A stretch of DNA of 59,607 nt, taken from Octopus sinensis. Lineage: Eukaryota. Made by a program: the position numbers and the translations under genes. The notes under the pieces are model-generated. The model did not search any database. It was not told the DNA's origin and saw only the letters and a list, made by a program, of their open reading frames with translations. Shown piece by piece: positions 12,704-25,006 of the stretch. The stretch's first letter is position 1. Each line of letters begins with the position of its first letter. Location of the stretch: positions 1 through 59,607 of the forward strand of contig NW_021835117.1 in assembly GCF_006345805.1 (NCBI RefSeq), written 5' to 3'.

Positions 12704-13876
12704 CACTGGGTTGGACAAAATAATGGAAACACCTTAAGATTTCAAGGAAATATATTTTAATATGGGGTAGGACCGCATTTGGCTGAAATTACAGCTTTGA
12801 TTCTACGAGGTAGAGAAACGTACAAAACTTGAATTGTTACAACATAAATGTTCAGTAACATTGAGATCTGGGGACTGTGGAGGCCTGATGAGATGTTCAA
12901 TTTCACTAGAATGTTCCTCGTGCCATTCAGTAACAACTTTAGCTCTGTGAATTGGCGCATTATCATTCTTAATGATTGCGTTTCCCTCCGGAAACAGTTC
13001 CGCAACCAAAGGATGAATTTCATCAGACAAGATGCTTAAATAGTCTTGACTATCAATTCTGCCATGAAGGGAAACCATTGGACGGGCGGATTTTCACGTT
13101 ATAAAACCCAAGATCATCACAGATCTTCCTCCATGTTTAACATTTGGAAGAAGGCAGTCTCGATCAAATGCTTCTTTCGGCATTCTCCAAATGTATACTA
13201 AGCCGGTGGTCAGAAATAATGTAAAGGATGACTAGTCCGAGAAAATAACATTCTTCCACTGCTCTAGCGACCAATTCTGTAGGTTCTTACTTCACTCCGA
13301 ACACTTTGAAATGTTTGTTTTTGAAAGTAGTGGTTCTTCTGATTGCAGCCCTCCTGTGAAATATGGCTTGGTGCAGCTCTTGGTGAACAGCTTTTGTGGA
13401 AACTGGGTTCTCGAGGTGGTTATTAAGCTCTGCAGTAATTTTGGGAGCTGTTCTTTTATGATCCTTCCTAACTAATCGCATAAGATTCCAAAGGTCCCTA
13501 CATGAAATATTTGGTTTTCTTCTGGAGTTTTGTTTCGACAAAGAGGTTTTTTTTTTCTCTCTTTCTCAAATAATGTCATTACTTTCGAAACAGCCAAAAT
13601 GTTTGGTATATAAAGGAGTACTGTTTTCGTTACGTTAGCGAACGAGCACCAACAATTTGACCTCTTTGAAGGTCTGATGCATCATACATTTTAATGAATT
13701 TTAATTACCCTTTTATGATGACTTCTGAAGAGAAACAGCAATTTTAGCAAAACATATCAAGCAACACTAATAAGAAATCAAAAATCAATAATAATCAAGC
13801 TTTTGACAGTTTTATAGATATTTCAAAATTATGATGCTATGATGTTAGGTGTTTCCGTTATTTTGTCCAACCACTG
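12704..13876 (-). mobile_element. Tc1-type DNA transposon, near full length, inactivated transposase, DD36E spacing
   Basis: ~30-bp TIRs (ggttggacaaaataatggaaacacc / ggtgtttccgttattttgtccaaccactg, then TA). HTH ORF 13287-13541; WKNVIFSD*S; KHGGRSVM; DNAPIH ... SPDLNVTE in ORF 12803-13078. Confidence 0.92.
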
Positions 13877-13959
13877 TACACATCGATACCCCCTCTTACA
13901 TTCTCCTGTATTAGAAGGAAATGTTTCTTCATCCATTCCGCTCCGGTCATTTCATAATG

Positions 13960-14190
13960 TAACCACACGTGGATCGTTGGCGATTTTTTGGTTACGTCCG
14001 TCGTCTTTTTCTCTTCGACAATTCTCTGTCTCCTGTTTCTGAAGAAGAGCTTTGCTCGAAACTTTAAACAACCTTTCTTTCCTTCCCTCAGCGTCTTTTA
14101 ATCATTTGCATGTACCAAGTCCGTAAATTGTTTTTTTATCTTGTATTTTTCTTCGTTTCTTTTTTGTGCGAAGTGGTGGATTAACAAATT
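13960..14190 (+). mobile_element. PLE-pLTR-like hammerhead module, family 2
   Basis: tgttt-CTGAAGA-a-gagc-ttt-gctc-GAAA-cttt-aaaca (14034-14070); homologous to 49080-49292 and rc 36480-36685. Confidence 0.75.
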
Positions 14191-14199
14191 ACATATATA

Positions 14200-14339
14200 T
14201 GAGATTTTTTTTTTCATTTTCTCTTTGTATATTTTCTCCTGTTCTTTCTGTTGAAGAGCGTAGGCTCGAAACGCGAAATATTTTCTCGCCTACCTGAGCA
14301 GTTAAACTAATTCGTTGCTTTGCTTTAAATTTCAACTGC

Positions 14340-14342
<3 letters not shown>
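14200..14342 (+). mobile_element. Hammerhead module, family 1, tandem to the family-2 copy and ending at (TA)n
   Basis: tcttt-ctgttga-a-gagc-gtag-gctc-gaaa-cgcg-aaa (14243-14278). Confidence 0.75.
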
Positions 14343-14397
<55 letters not shown>

Positions 14398-14508
14398 CAT
14401 ATATATACATGTATGTATATGTATTCCGTAGATGATATCCACATATATCTAAAGAAGACACTTAGGAGTGGTCAAAAATGTTCAATCATATACTCTTATG
14501 TCTTGCAG

Positions 14509-14524
14509 GGGATCATTGCACAAG
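14509..14524 (+). CDS. Candidate 16-nt micro-exon (xGSLHK)
   Basis: Acceptor tcttatgtcttgcag|G, donor AAG|gtaaag; phase 2 to 0, compatible with 9446-9536. Confidence 0.3.
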
Positions 14525-14619
14525 GTAAAGAAAGGCTATAAAAGAATCAGGTTGCGCGAGTATGGAAGCAATTTAGGGGGATAAGCAAACTAGACATGTC
14601 AAATAGATAGACAGATAGA

Positions 14620-14760
14620 TTGATCACTAGTCACTACGTATTCTTTATTTTCTCTCCTTGTTTCTTACTGTGGAAGAGCGTAGGCTCGAAATGTTAAAGG
14701 CTTTTTCACTTTCCACCTGTTTGTTGTCTACACCACCTGTCTTCGTCTTTTGTGAATTCT

Positions 14761-14763
<3 letters not shown>
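14620..14763 (+). mobile_element. Hammerhead module, family 1, internally deleted, ending at (TA)n
   Basis: ctgtgga-a-gagc-gtag-gctc-gaaa-tgtt-aaagg (14668-14700); ends ttctccc|tatata. Confidence 0.75.
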
Positions 14764-14812
<49 letters not shown>

Positions 14813-15024
14813 ATATATATATAAATCGCCGCATACTGTTCAGGCATGCTGTGGCGAAGGCGACTTTCCTCCGGGGTGGATACGGAGTCGTGACACTCAT
14901 CGCTGGCATTGAGTGCCTATTCGCTCATACAGTCCATAGAGACAGTCCGGGTCGTTTTCTCCATATATATATATATATATATACAGACACAGAGACAGAC
15001 GCGAAGAGAATTTCATTTATATCC

Positions 15025-15368
15025 TTTTACTTGTTTCAGCCATCTGACTGCGCCCATGCTGGTGCACCGCCTTTGGTCGAATAAATCGACCCAAACACAT
15101 ATTCTTTGTAAGCCTTGTACTTATTCTATCGGTCTCTTTTGCCAAAACGCTAAGTTACGGGAACGTAAACACACCAACATCAGCTGTCAAATGATGTTGG
15201 GATATAAACACACACACACTTTTACGACGGGCTTCTTTCAGTTTCCATCTACAAAATCCACTCACATGACTTTGATCGAGAAGAAGACGCTTGAGCAAAC
15301 TACCATGCAGTAGGACTGTACTCGGAATCATGAGGTTAGGAAGCGAGCTTCTTCCCACACAGCCACAC
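15025..15368 (-). mobile_element. SINE-A, degraded full length
   Basis: Head, body and tail all align to the family. Confidence 0.85.
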
Positions 15369-15876
15369 CTGCTCCTATCAAGCGAAGTTGATGCCAGCAG
15401 GATTCGAGCTTCGAATATAAAGCCCCAGAAGGAATACCGTTTCAACGCATTTTCTCTGAGACATTAGTGATTCGGCCAGTTGGCCACTTTATATAATAGA
15501 GCAAAATATTTCTGTTTTTTCCCTTCAAACAAACTCACAAAATCTGTTTGTTAGCCCGCTGCTTAAGTAGAAAGTACTAGCAGGAACTGCCTCCTAGTGG
15601 GACTGAACCCGCAGCCATGTGGTTGGGAAGGAAACTTCCAGAAAGTCACGCCTGACATTTTCTTAAAGATGAGAGTCTCAGTGCATAAAATCACCCTCAG
15701 TATTTGACTGGTAGCTTATTGACTCAGAAATGTATAGTATATACAAAATTACCTACGAGTCTCTTTTTTCATTTTACGCTGACCACTTGATAAAATCATT
15801 AAATTGATCTTATCCTTAATTCTAAAGAGAATTATAAATATATGCGTGTAATATATAATAAATGTGCAAACAATAT

Positions 15877-15954
<78 letters not shown>

Positions 15955-15966
15955 ATAGATAGATAA

Positions 15967-16007
<41 letters not shown>

Positions 16008-16088
16008 AGATAGATTAGATAGATAGATAGATAGATAGATAGAGAGAGAGATAGTGAGATAGATACATACAGATACACACACACACAT

Positions 16089-16119
<31 letters not shown>

Positions 16120-16310
16120 ACTGTAATTAAACACGAATAAAATAAAAACGAAGGAGTGAATGATGCAAAGAAGCAGCTTATGTGAAACTTTTATATCTAT
16201 TGTAGAACGAATTATCGAACTTCGTGAGATCTCAGATATATTTATAACGCATGAACATATTTAAACACACGCACACGCCTACAAACATTTATTACTATAT
16301 ACATTCATAC

Positions 16311-16360
<50 letters not shown>

Positions 16361-16383
16361 CATACACACTATAATATACTTAC

Positions 16384-16434
<51 letters not shown>

Positions 16435-16624
16435 CATACACACTATATATATACATACATATATATATATATATATAATATTAATACTTAGATATATACA
16501 TACATATATATATATACATACATACATATATATATATAATTTAATTTATATATATGCATGCCCATATATACATACATATATATACAGAATTTATATATAT
16601 ATCTATATATCTATATATATATGA

Positions 16625-16656
<32 letters not shown>

Positions 16657-16668
16657 TCTATATATATA

Positions 16669-16733
<65 letters not shown>

Positions 16734-17401
16734 TTCGTACATGCACGGATGTACACTTAATCAAACACATTATACTCATTACCGCTGGCGCCGATTGACT
16801 TCCATATGCAAATTACGATTATAAAGATCTCTGCGTGATTTACAATACACAACCTGTTTCATTGCACACACATGCAGAAAATCCGAATTTCCGTTCATTA
16901 CAAAATGGCGTGTGTTTTTGATTTTTGAAAAATCTATTTATTTTATAAAATTTCTGCTCATTAACTATCTCTGTAATTGTGATTGATCCAATGAATGCAT
17001 TTTGTGCAAGCCACTTGCAAGAGGTAATTAACTTACATTGTTTTCCTGAGAAAACGCTAGCTGATAACATACAGATAACTTTAATCAAATATTTTAAGCG
17101 TCGTCTAAATCCATATCTGAATTCGTTGTATTGAATATCACTATTTTAAATGCAGACCTCAGTTGTTTATTTTCGTGTTGTCTACATGTATCTTTGCTAA
17201 CGTTTTGTTTCGATTCCTCATGTGATGTAGCTGACACACGGTACATCTTCGGAAAAAAAGATAAAATCAAAACAAAGAAAGGATCTGTTGTCTAGTTCAG
17301 GATCTGAACACGGGCAATCCTTCGGTGAACACACCAACATGTTTTTGTATTTAGAAAACCCAGACATAAATCATTCAGCATGTTTTTCTCTAGGGTGATA
17401 T

Positions 17402-17829
17402 ATATTTATTTATCACCGCAAGGGGTTAAACATAGAGAGGACAAACTAGGACAGACAAAGGGATTAAGACGATTGCATCGAATCCCACTGCGTAACCGGT
17501 ACTTACTTTATCGACTCCGAAAGTGCGAAAGGCAAAGTCGACCTCGGTGGAATTTGAGCTCAGAATGCAACGGCAGACGAGATACCTATTTCTTTACCAC
17601 CCACAAGGGGTAAACACAAGAGGTTCACACTGAAAGGACAAACAAGGACAGACAAACAGATTAAGTCGATTATATCGACCGTAGTGCGAAACTGGTACTT
17701 TATTTATCGACGCCGGAAGGATGAAAGGCAAAGTCGACCTCGGCAGAATTTGAACTCGGGACGTAACGGCAGGCGAAATACCGCTAAAGATTTCGCCCGG
17801 CGTGCTAATGATTCTGCCAGCTCGCCGCC
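17402..17829 (-). mobile_element. SINE-B dimer (head + 2 tandem bodies) with 13-bp TSD
   Basis: TSD tttctctagggtg at 17385-17397 and 17830-17842; internal junction rc aaagaaata|ggtatc near 17586. Confidence 0.9.
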
Positions 17830-18306
17830 TTTCTCTAGGGTGGTATAATCATTGCGTTGCACACATAATGGATGATGGCTTTGAAGGATTTAGAGAATAA
17901 AATGATCCCAAAACATGAAATCATACAGCATCGCATGCTTCCTAAAATCCAATGTCAGTATTCTCCCCTATCTGGCGTCTTCACACACACTTGAGTGCAG
18001 AACAATCTTCCGGTACTATTTCCGCAGCAGAAGGTCTTCTCACATTCGAATGCACTCGAGCGTGTTGAATAGGACTTTATTTAAGAATACATACATACGT
18101 TGCTATATATATATATATATTATATATATATGTGTATTAAAAAATATTTTTGTTGTTTTAGTAAAATCTCAGAAAATAATAAAAAATTCACATTTTTTAT
18201 CAAATTATTTTATTATTTCTCTATCTATCCAACTGTAAACATTTTAAATATTCACTAACTTTTTGTTATAACTTTTTGTTATATATAAGAATACATACAT
18301 ACGTTG

Positions 18307-18339
<33 letters not shown>

Positions 18340-18539
18340 CATTCGAATTTGTAGTGTAACTTATGAATTCAAGGAATCTTGGCTTAAGCGGTGGTGCAGA
18401 ACGATCACACACGCTCAAACGCACACACACACACACACATAGTGCATGGGTGAGAGTCAGATATTCCCCGCATAGAATATATTTATTAGTGTTGAAGAGA
18501 TTTAAACTTGATCGTGTATCGAAGCCAACGTAGGCACGA

Positions 18540-19145
18540 GCAAATTAGACAGATCAATATATAAAGTATATTAGTTACATGAAATACAAAAACATGTACG
18601 AATGTTTACACAGAAAAAGGTCTGAGTTACACAGAATACAAATGATACAGAGGATGAATTCGAAGGTCGAAGACAAGTATTTCAATTCCAACAGCTGTTA
18701 CTCGGGGCTCGGTGGTCAAAGATAATGTTTGTAGATTGATCCCATAGCAGGATAAGACGAACCCCCATCTGCAGAGAAGAGATCTTACATTTGAGGTGTT
18801 AAAGGTAACAAGTTCAATGGTGGAATCACCTTTCTCTCATTGACAGAAGATCAATGACGGAATCATTATCTTTGGAATTCTTTCCTTCAATACCTTAAAA
18901 GTAAGATCGCTTTCCTGAAGATGGAGGCTCGTCTCATCTTATGATGGAATCATTCTGCGTACATTATTTTGGATCACGGAACCCCCAGAAACGGCTGTTA
19001 GATTAGTAATACTTTTCAGCAACCCCTCAAATTCTTTATATCATTTGTATTCTGTGTAAGTTAGCCCTTTTTAAATGTATGCACATATGCATATTTTGTA
19101 TTTTATGTATTTAATATACTTCATATATTGATCTGTCTAACTTGT
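18540..19145. mobile_element. ~600-bp diverged palindrome: two ~290-bp inverted copies with a degenerate hammerhead-like motif
   Basis: ttagacagatcaatata ... (18545) is about rc of ... tatattgatctgtctaa (19140); homology runs to the centre; G(A/T)AAC-(A/G)GCT-GTT motif at 18690-18701 (-) and 18988-18999 (+). Confidence 0.75.
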
Positions 19146-19147
19146 TT

Positions 19148-19605
19148 CTTTTAAGATTATAAAGGAATGAGGTAACTCCTCCAGAGGTGATAGAGAAATA
19201 AACATAAGGGTGCCATAGTTATCATGCGAAATTGGTTGAGCGATTTTTCGGCATCTAGCTTATCTTCGACTGATTCAGAAATTACATGTCATGTCAGTCT
19301 ACTTTTTTGGGTTTTTTTTTTGAGATTATATACGACTGAGGTTACTCCAAGAATTTACAGAGAAATAAACAGAAGAGTGTCATGGTTATCATGTGAAATT
19401 GGTTGAACGATTTTTCGGCATCTAGTGTGCTTTCCACAGGGTCAAAACTTACATGTCACTCTACATCATTTTATTTTTTAATATTATATAGGAATGAGGT
19501 ATCTCCTCCATGCCGAAATATCGTTCAACCAATTTCATTTGACAAATATGGCACTCTTCTATTTATTTCTCTATAATTTCTGTAGGAGTTACTTCAGTCC
19601 TAGAT
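19148..19605. repeat. ~170-bp unit: two tandem copies, start of a third, then an inverted copy
   Basis: gagaaataaaca ... gaaattggttga.cgatttttcggcatctag at about 19195-19260 and 19358-19428; rc copy at 19511-19605. Confidence 0.85.
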
Positions 19606-19651
19606 AATGTTTAATAATATTAATATTAATAAAAATAATAATAATAATATT

Positions 19652-20245
19652 ACCAGCCAATGTACGCCACTAGTCCAGAAGGAAAATAAGAGGCGCCACG
19701 ACAATATAGCCAGTCTTGTCCGGTGGACACGTCGCAACAAATATGGACTTGACAGAGGAAAAATTTGGTACGACTATTAACCCGAAGGCACCGTTGAAAA
19801 TCCTATGGGATTTTATGATTCAGTGCGACCATGTGATTGAGAATAGGAAGTCGGACATAGTCTTAATTGAGAAAGAAAATTAACTATGCTGGATCATAGA
19901 TATAGCATGCCCAGCTGACAACAAGGTATGCGATGAGCAAGAAAGAAAAGTCGAGAGATATGACAGATTAACTTGGGAAGTTAAGCAGTTGTGGTCGATG
20001 AAAAAGGTAGCAGTAGTACCAATAATTGTCGGAGCCCTGGGAAGAGGGAGAAAACACTCGAGAAGTACGTGGAAAAAATAGGGGCTGCAATAAGGGTGGA
20101 GCACTTGCAGAAAACAGCACTTATTGGAACCGCTCGAATACTCCGGAAGGTGCTCGAAAATAAGAGGTGTTACCTTAGTTCACTGATAGTGAACAGCTGA
20201 TACTGTAGTACATCGCCAGCGTTAGAAGCTGTGCAAAGGCAATGA
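19652..20245 (+). mobile_element. R4/Dong-type non-LTR retrotransposon 3' fragment (restriction-like endonuclease domain), pseudogenised
   Basis: CTPLVQKENKRRHDNIA ... KILWDFMIQCDHVIENRKSDIVLIEK ... CWIIDIACPAD ... VVPIIVGALG ... LQKTALIGTARILRKVL, with stops and frameshifts; (TAA)n-like flanks. Confidence 0.88.
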
Positions 20246-20475
20246 TGATGATGAATGATAATAATAATAATAACAACAACAACAACAACAATAATAATAA
20301 TAATAATAATACTACAACTACTACTACTACTCTACTACTACTACTACTACTAATACTACTAACTACTACTACTAAAATATAATAATAATAAGAATAATAA
20401 TAAGAATAAGAAGAAGAGAAGAAGAAGAAGAAGAACAACAACAACACACACAAACAACAACATAACAACAACAAA
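20245..20475. repeat. Mixed (GAT)(TAA)(CAA)(CTA)(GAA) tract after the LINE
   Basis: Direct reading. Confidence 0.95.
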
Positions 20476-21628
20476 GTAGTTTACTCCTTAATTTTAACAA
20501 GGATAGAGGCCAATACTAAATACACTTGAAAATCAAATTAGAGATTTATACCAATAATAATTTATGTTACAAGCTAACAATCGCACAAGTATTGATAGTC
20601 TAACCAAAGATTTAAACTAAAGTAGTTACCAATACGGCAGACTCTAATCCTATCAACAGAAGTTTATGAAATTGGTGTTTCAATTAGATAACTCATCGTG
20701 TGAGAAAGAATAGTCAAGCTTCCGTCATATCTCATAGAACAATTGAAATGACAAAATGATCAAATAAAGTTACAGAACAACAAAATCTAAAAGAACCGTC
20801 ACATTTCGGACAGAAGGAAATTTCATCTTGAATTTAGGACATCGTAGAATGTACGACCACATGCTGATACCGACTTCCATTTTGAATCCGGCTATAATCT
20901 TGTTTGTTGGTGTGGTTGAGCAAATACTCATGAAATGCGATTAAAGACGACTGCATTTTGCAGAGACATTCGGTATAGAATTATAGATTTCTAAGACGTA
21001 GTGGATCATCTGGGACACACGAAACCTGTATCAGTCGCATGAGGAACAGCCTTGAGATCCTGAATGATCTATCAAAATAGTTCTTCTAAATACTTTGCTG
21101 GATAAGGTAGCAATGTGTACTTCGACTCTCTAGACAAACAGGAGTATTGTAGCCGCGCTAACACCTAAAGCACAACTAGAATTGTTAAATGTATTCGATG
21201 GACATGCAAAAATGAGAAACGCGCTTCACTTGAATTAGACACGAGATTCTTCGAAGGAAAGGAAGGTTTTGATATTTCATAAAAAGGCAGCGTTTTAATG
21301 GGCAGAACATTCTTCTCGATCACTGACAACCAGGGTTTTAAACACAACAATCCACTCGCAATAATATATCAGAACAAATATTTATGTATACTAGCGGGCT
21401 TGTTTATCTTGTTCAGGTAATAGGATTGCAATGATAGAGTGAAAACGTTGTGAAAAGGCATATTAGATCGTTACCATAGCAAAATGTCTCTCATATTACT
21501 CTGGTATCTTTCTAATCAATGAATTTCTGTCTCACCGCTCTCTCCCTGTTAATAAGTATAGGGCAGGGATCTTAATGAAGGCAAACTAAGTGTCCACCAC
21601 ACACACACATATATACATACATTCATAC

Positions 21629-21702
<74 letters not shown>

Positions 21703-21704
21703 TC

Positions 21705-22115
21705 TTGTATTCTTTTATTGGCTTTCGTCATTTGACTGCAGCCATGCTAGAGCATCGCCTTTAGTCGAACAAATCGACCCCCGGTACTTATTCTTTGTGA
21801 GCCTATTACTGATTCTATCGGTTCTTTTGCCGAACCGCTAAGTTACGAGGACGTAAACGCATCAACATCGGCTGTCAAAGAACAAAGCGGAACAAACACA
21901 GGCAAGCAAGCAATCAAACACACACACACACACACACGCACATATATACAATGTGCTTCTTTCAGTTTCGGTCTACTAAATCCATTCACAAGGCTTTGGT
22001 CAGCCCAAGGCTATAGAAGAAGACACATGCCCAGTGTGACAAGCAGTGAAACTGAACCCGGTAACATGTGGTTGTTAAGCACACATGTGAGTGGTACCAC
22101 ACATCCACTCTTGCG

Positions 22116-22117
<2 letters not shown>
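21705..22117 (-). mobile_element. SINE-A, full length, flanked by (TA)n
   Basis: Aligns to the family from ggcgcaagagtgg head to tail. Confidence 0.88.
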
Positions 22118-22156
<39 letters not shown>

Positions 22157-22663
22157 TATATATACATACGCACACTTTCTACGTGCCAAAACCAAAGAAA
22201 GAAAAGAGGACTTTGGTCGTTGTGTTCAAGGAATCCCTTCAAAGAGTTGCCCCAGCGTGGCTGTAGTCAAGGGAGTGAGATAAGCAAAAAGTAAATTAAG
22301 TCGTATAAGATTCAACCCAGAAAAGTATTCAGCTAAGATCATACACTGTTATATAAACTGCCACCATTTTCCACGCCCCATAATCTGGAAAATCGCAGAC
22401 AAGGGCCAAAGACACTTTATCCAGCGTTTCAGAGTATTGCGTTCTGCATCAAATAGAGTTTCAGCTTTTAAGAATAGTTTTTTAACTACATTTTTCAAAT
22501 CAGTTAGTGTAAAGAATTCCAAGATATTTTCTCTCATTTCCAGTGTAATTAATTATAAGTAAATAGACCAAAGCCCTCTCTGCTTAATCACCGGTTGTGC
22601 AATTATGTACGATATCATAAATAAATGAAATCATTACAAATTTTGCTGTTGTTGTTACCATTA

Positions 22664-23070
22664 TTACTGGCAGAATCTTTAGCACGCCGAGCATTTTGTT
22701 CGTCATTAAGCCCTAATTCAAAATTCCGGCGAGGTCGATTTTGCCTTCATCCTATTCGGGATCGATAAATTAAGTATTAGTGAAGCACTGGGGTCGATTT
22801 AATCGACTAGTCCCCCGTCCCCCAAATTTCACGCCTCGTGTGTCTATGGCTAGGAGGATGAATATTATTATTTTTAAGGCGGCGAGCTGGTCGAATCGTT
22901 AGTACACCGGGCAAAGTGGTTACCATTTCGTCCGTATTTACTTTCTGAGCACAAATTTCACCGAGATCCACATTGCCCTTAATTTTTTCGGGGCCGATTA
23001 ACTAAGTATCAGTTACGGTCTGGTATCGATGTAAGCAACTTGACCTCCACCACTCAAATTTCAGGATCAT
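22664..23070 (+). mobile_element. Two adjacent degraded SINE-B copies
   Basis: Heads tggcagaatctttagcacgccg (22666) and ggcggcgagctggtcgaatcgttagtac (22878). Confidence 0.8.
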
Positions 23071-23492
23071 CATCATTGTTTACTATTATAAATAGGGCGA
23101 CATTCGCATAGCATCGCTTCCACCTTTTGCAGAAAATCTCTAACAATTTATATTTTTACCCTCTTGCTCTTATCGCGGCTGGCTAACTTTCACACTGTTT
23201 CGCTGGCCTTGCTTCTCCTCAACGAAAACATTATACACATTTTCTAATGAAGCCTCTGAAGTATCTTCGAACGAAACGTTATATATAGTGTTGACCTCAA
23301 TCTTTTTAATGCGTATGTATACAAATATATATACCTATACACACATATATATACGTATACATATATACATATATATATATATATATGTATATACACCACA
23401 CATATTATATATATAACATATTTACATATACACATATACATATATACATATATATATATATAATATATATATATATAAACATATATACATAT

Positions 23493-23524
<32 letters not shown>

Positions 23525-23589
23525 CATATATCTATATATATATATATATATATATACATACATACATACATAAATACACACTCACACAC

Positions 23590-23760
23590 TTGTATTCTTT
23601 ATTCTTTTATTTGTTTCAGTAATTTGCAAGCGGCAATTCTGGAGTACCGCCTTTAGTAGTAAAATATCGACCCCTGAAATTATTCTTTCTAAGTCTAGTA
23701 CTTATTTATATCGGTCTTTGGCAGAACCGCTACGTTACGGCGACGTAAAACACACACACT
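23590..23760 (-). mobile_element. SINE-A 3' half
   Basis: tgtttcagtaatttgcaagcggcaattctggagtaccgcc. Confidence 0.75.
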
Positions 23761-23767
23761 TATATTT

Positions 23768-23848
<81 letters not shown>

Positions 23849-23938
23849 GTAGGTCCCGGGTTGATCCGGGGTTAACCACCTAAATAAGGTACTCAATACT
23901 TGAATGAAACAGTTTTCTAGTCTTGTAGAAGCTCCTTC

Positions 23939-24002
<64 letters not shown>

Positions 24003-24172
24003 ATTTCAAGTATGTGTGTGTGTGTATGTGCAGAATAATACATATGAACATACATGTAAATATATATAGATAGATACACATACACACATGTATATTATAT
24101 AAATATAAATATATCATACTTATATATTGTAGATATATACTGTATATATATATATGCGTATATATACATACG

Positions 24173-24203
<31 letters not shown>

Positions 24204-24559
24204 GCATATACATACTCTCGCTTTCTCTCTCACATACACACTATCGTAATATATGTGAAAATATATACAAGCACACACACAGATACACACACATATGCAC
24301 ACACCTTGTGCCGATAATATTCAGCTCTGCACAATTCGTGTCATGAAATGAAGTGTAGAAGGAAAAAGAAAATTGCAGCAAGCCGCCACTTGCAGTCGCT
24401 GCAGCCCCAAATGTACACATATGTGCATCCCGCAAATATGCACCAAACTGCATGTGATTCTGTAAACGTTGTCTTGCTAAAGGCGGTCTACCTGGCTGCA
24501 TGTTTTTCACTGATGTAAAAGCACTGCATCTACTGCTGTTGCAGCCGCCGGTGTTCATC

Positions 24560-24964
24560 GTGTGTTGCTGCTGCTGCTGCTGCTACTGCTACTGCTACTG
24601 CTACTACTACTACTACTACTACTACTACTGCTGCTGTTCTAGTTGTGGTTGTTGTTATTGTTGTTGTTGTCGTTGTTGGTGCTGCTATTTCGCTGCCTAC
24701 AGTTGCACTAGCTGCTCTGCCTCTGATGCAGTCGGATGGTGTCGTTGGAGACGGGGGGGGGAGAGGCTTCTTTCTGATATCTCTTGTTGTTGTTGGTGTT
24801 GTTGTTGTTGTTGTTGCTGTTGTTGTTGCTGTTTTTTGCTGCTGTTGTTGCTGTTGTTGTTGTTGTTGCACCAGTTTGTTTGCTTCTTTTTTTTTATAAA
24901 AAAAAAAACACCTCCTGCATCCACAGCTGATTGCATTCAACGTTTCTAGCTTTTGTCTCCATTA

Positions 24965-25006
<42 letters not shown>

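Noticed and set aside
14845-14910. HDV-like ribozyme (ttcctccg loop resemblance)
   Set aside because: P1 and P3 pair only through several wobbles, and no convincing P2/P4 was found.
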